64,000 bases of DNA. Origin: Folioceros fuciformis. Its lineage: Eukaryota. The stretch is taken from the NCBI GenBank assembly GCA_049999805.1, contig JBNGIO010005439.1, positions 1 to 64,000 on the forward strand. Direction: 5' to 3'. A program made the translations under genes and the position numbers. A model generated the notes under the pieces. It did no database searches, was not told where the DNA came from, and saw nothing but the letters and a program-made list of their open reading frames with translations. Each line of letters starts with the position of its first letter. Position 1 is the stretch's first letter. Positions 62,501-64,000 of the stretch are shown piece by piece.

Positions 62501-63097
62501 CAGTAGACACCACAATTGTACCACGCGCACGTCAGCTTTGGCATGAACCTGAGACGTTGAAGCTCCCACCGTCAAGCGAACCATCAAAAATATAACACCA
62601 AGCACCAGTGAGCTAGACACCTTTTCGGGATAGACGGTGTGACAGGCCTTGCACCATTCCATTCCTTCAAAGGCGTCATTCCTCTCCGTTGCCTGGCTCC
62701 AGCTGGCGTCTGCCTCTCAGAGACCTGGCCCACTAGCGAGGTCGAAGACAAAATCCAAAGCAAACCATCAACACCAAAGTTGAACCAAGGCCTCCTCCCA
62801 GAAGAAGTTCGGCAATGCGGTCAACCAGCAGTCATCCATGTGTGACGCCAAAACCGTTTACAAAGCAGAAATACAGACAACGTGAGCAAAGAGGATGAAA
62901 GCGCAAGCATGAAGAATGAACACTCCAGCAATTACAACAATGTAAAGAGCATACAGAGATTCCGAAAACGTTATCAGTTTTCCAGCCCGTAGCCGGCAGA
63001 TCGCTACTCAGTCCACAAGCAAGCAGATGCATCTTACGCGATCCCTCTCTCCGCTGGTTTCAGCTGCCAGGAGGTTGCGAGTTTCTTCGGAAGCCAT
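59581..63097 (-). CDS. Large, mostly low-complexity protein with a helical SYWLTQIKIAE...P domain; putative CKAP2-like microtubule-associated protein
   Basis: Long open exons 62513-61971 and 61816-60080 joined in phase (CAAK/PFSEL), and a last exon with VRRSARL. The 5' exon structure is uncertain. Confidence 0.62.
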
Positions 63098-63249
63098 CCG
63101 AAACCCCACTATAGATTGGAAAAGCGGAGGGAATAGAATCGCACCTGGGCGGGACGCCATGCTTGGCATACTCAGCTGCAGCGAATGTTGGCGCAGGGGG
63201 CGTCCGCATTAACTGATCGAGAGGCTCAAGATGCAGATGCAGCGGGCGT

Positions 63250-63480
63250 CACATTGGCGGTCCACGCCAACCTCTTCTCCGTGGGAGCAAACAACGGGGG
63301 AGGAAGGTGGCGCGGGATCAGCCAGTGAAGTGAGATCGTGCATTCCGCTCCTGGCGCCAATTTTTTTTTGAAAACACAGGCCAGTTTCGCCCTTATCGCC
63401 AGGTTTTAGCCATTTCAGTCGTGTCCGTTCGCGTTTCAAAGTCTTCGAGCCGGCCACGCCTGTTATCTCGTTTTCCCGCG
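63250..63480. promoter_or_regulatory. Bidirectional promoter with clustered E2F-type and CHR-like motifs
   Basis: WTTSSCSS matches: ATTGGCGG 63253, ATTGGCGC (minus) 63354-63361, TTTCGCCC 63385, TTTCCCGC 63472. TTTGAA at ~63367 and (minus) ~63435; AACGG core at ~63294. Confidence 0.5.
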
Positions 63481-63514
63481 TTACGAGTCGTCGATGGTTT
63501 GTGGTTTGTGGAAG

Positions 63515-64000
63515 ATGGAGGCGCCGCAGCAAGGCTGCAGCGCCTTTTTCCAAGACATTTGCTTCACGCCGGAGGGTGTAATTGACGCGTACATGTCTGG
63601 CTCTCGTGCAGGGATCGCGCCATTTCGCCCGAGCTCAATTTGTTATTGGCGTATGATTCCGGTCCCTCAAGATCCGAGCGCGTTCCTTGTGTCAGGCGAT
63701 GTCTGTGAGGAGAATCCTACAGTCCAAGATCCGGACGACTATGAGCCAGCAAGCTCTGTGATATCTATCTCAACATCGCACGTAACTGATTGTGTCCCTG
63801 GTATCAACAATCGGGTGTTGCAGGAACCAGGGCCCACGTATGCACAATTTGCACATGATCTTGACACATCTGGTCATGAGCTTCACCAGCGAATTGCTGC
63901 ATACAGTTTTCAGTACTGGAGACTGAGAAGGCTGTCACAGAACACACTCATCGGAACATCTGAGCAGAGCACTGTAGAGAACACACCGCGTTCTGTACAT
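63515..64000 (+). CDS. 5' part of an unidentified gene, running off the window
   Basis: ATG 63515 (MEAPQQGCSAFFQDICFTPEG), a GT-AG intron, then a frame that stays open for about 100 codons to the window end (DVCEENPTVQDPDDYEP...). Confidence 0.55.
   Translation, partial: MEAPQQGCSAFFQDICFTPEGVIDAYMSGSRAGIAPFRPSSICYWRMIPVPQDPSAFLVSGDVCEENPTVQDPDDYEPASSVISISTSHVTDCVPGINNRVLQEPGPTYAQFAHDLDTSGHELHQRIAAYSFQYWRLRRLSQNTLIGTSEQSTVENTPRSVH

Noticed and set aside
62690-62701. TGCCTGGCTCC, resembling the 5' half of miR160
   Set aside because: Only about 11 nt match, it lies in a probable coding exon, and no hairpin is evident.

Overview
Compact, gene-dense land-plant nuclear DNA with many short (~80-110 nt) spliceosomal introns. 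It is most likely a hornwort (inferred from a GRP-terminated KPAxA/DYW:KP PPR protein and the tiny introns). Genes in order: chloroplast J8-type DnaJ (+), a LEM-like/HeH-domain tail-anchored protein (-), PTEN2 (-), C3HC4 RING (-), a PLS-PPR/DYW:KP editing factor carrying an OSB-type PDF motif (-), tRNA-Asn(GTT) (-), VPS51 (+), intronless LEC14B/DCAF11-like WD40 (-), plastid trigger factor (+), P5CS (+), FEI-like LRR-RLK with an altered catalytic loop (+), alpha-crystallin-domain protein (-), iPGAM (-), HMA5-like pseudogene (+), an AT-rich island with a near-intronless SUV3 helicase and a Myb/SANT remnant (-), eIF5A (+), remorin with two GC-AG introns (+), HVA22 (+), a putative CKAP2-like protein (-), and the start of an unknown gene (+). 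The three most interesting signals are the PDF-PPR-DYW:KP fusion, the LAP2/emerin-like protein that is visible only after manual splicing, and the CKAP2-like gene behind an E2F-rich bidirectional promoter. All family assignments are motif recognition from memory; no database searches were run, and gene spans include introns.
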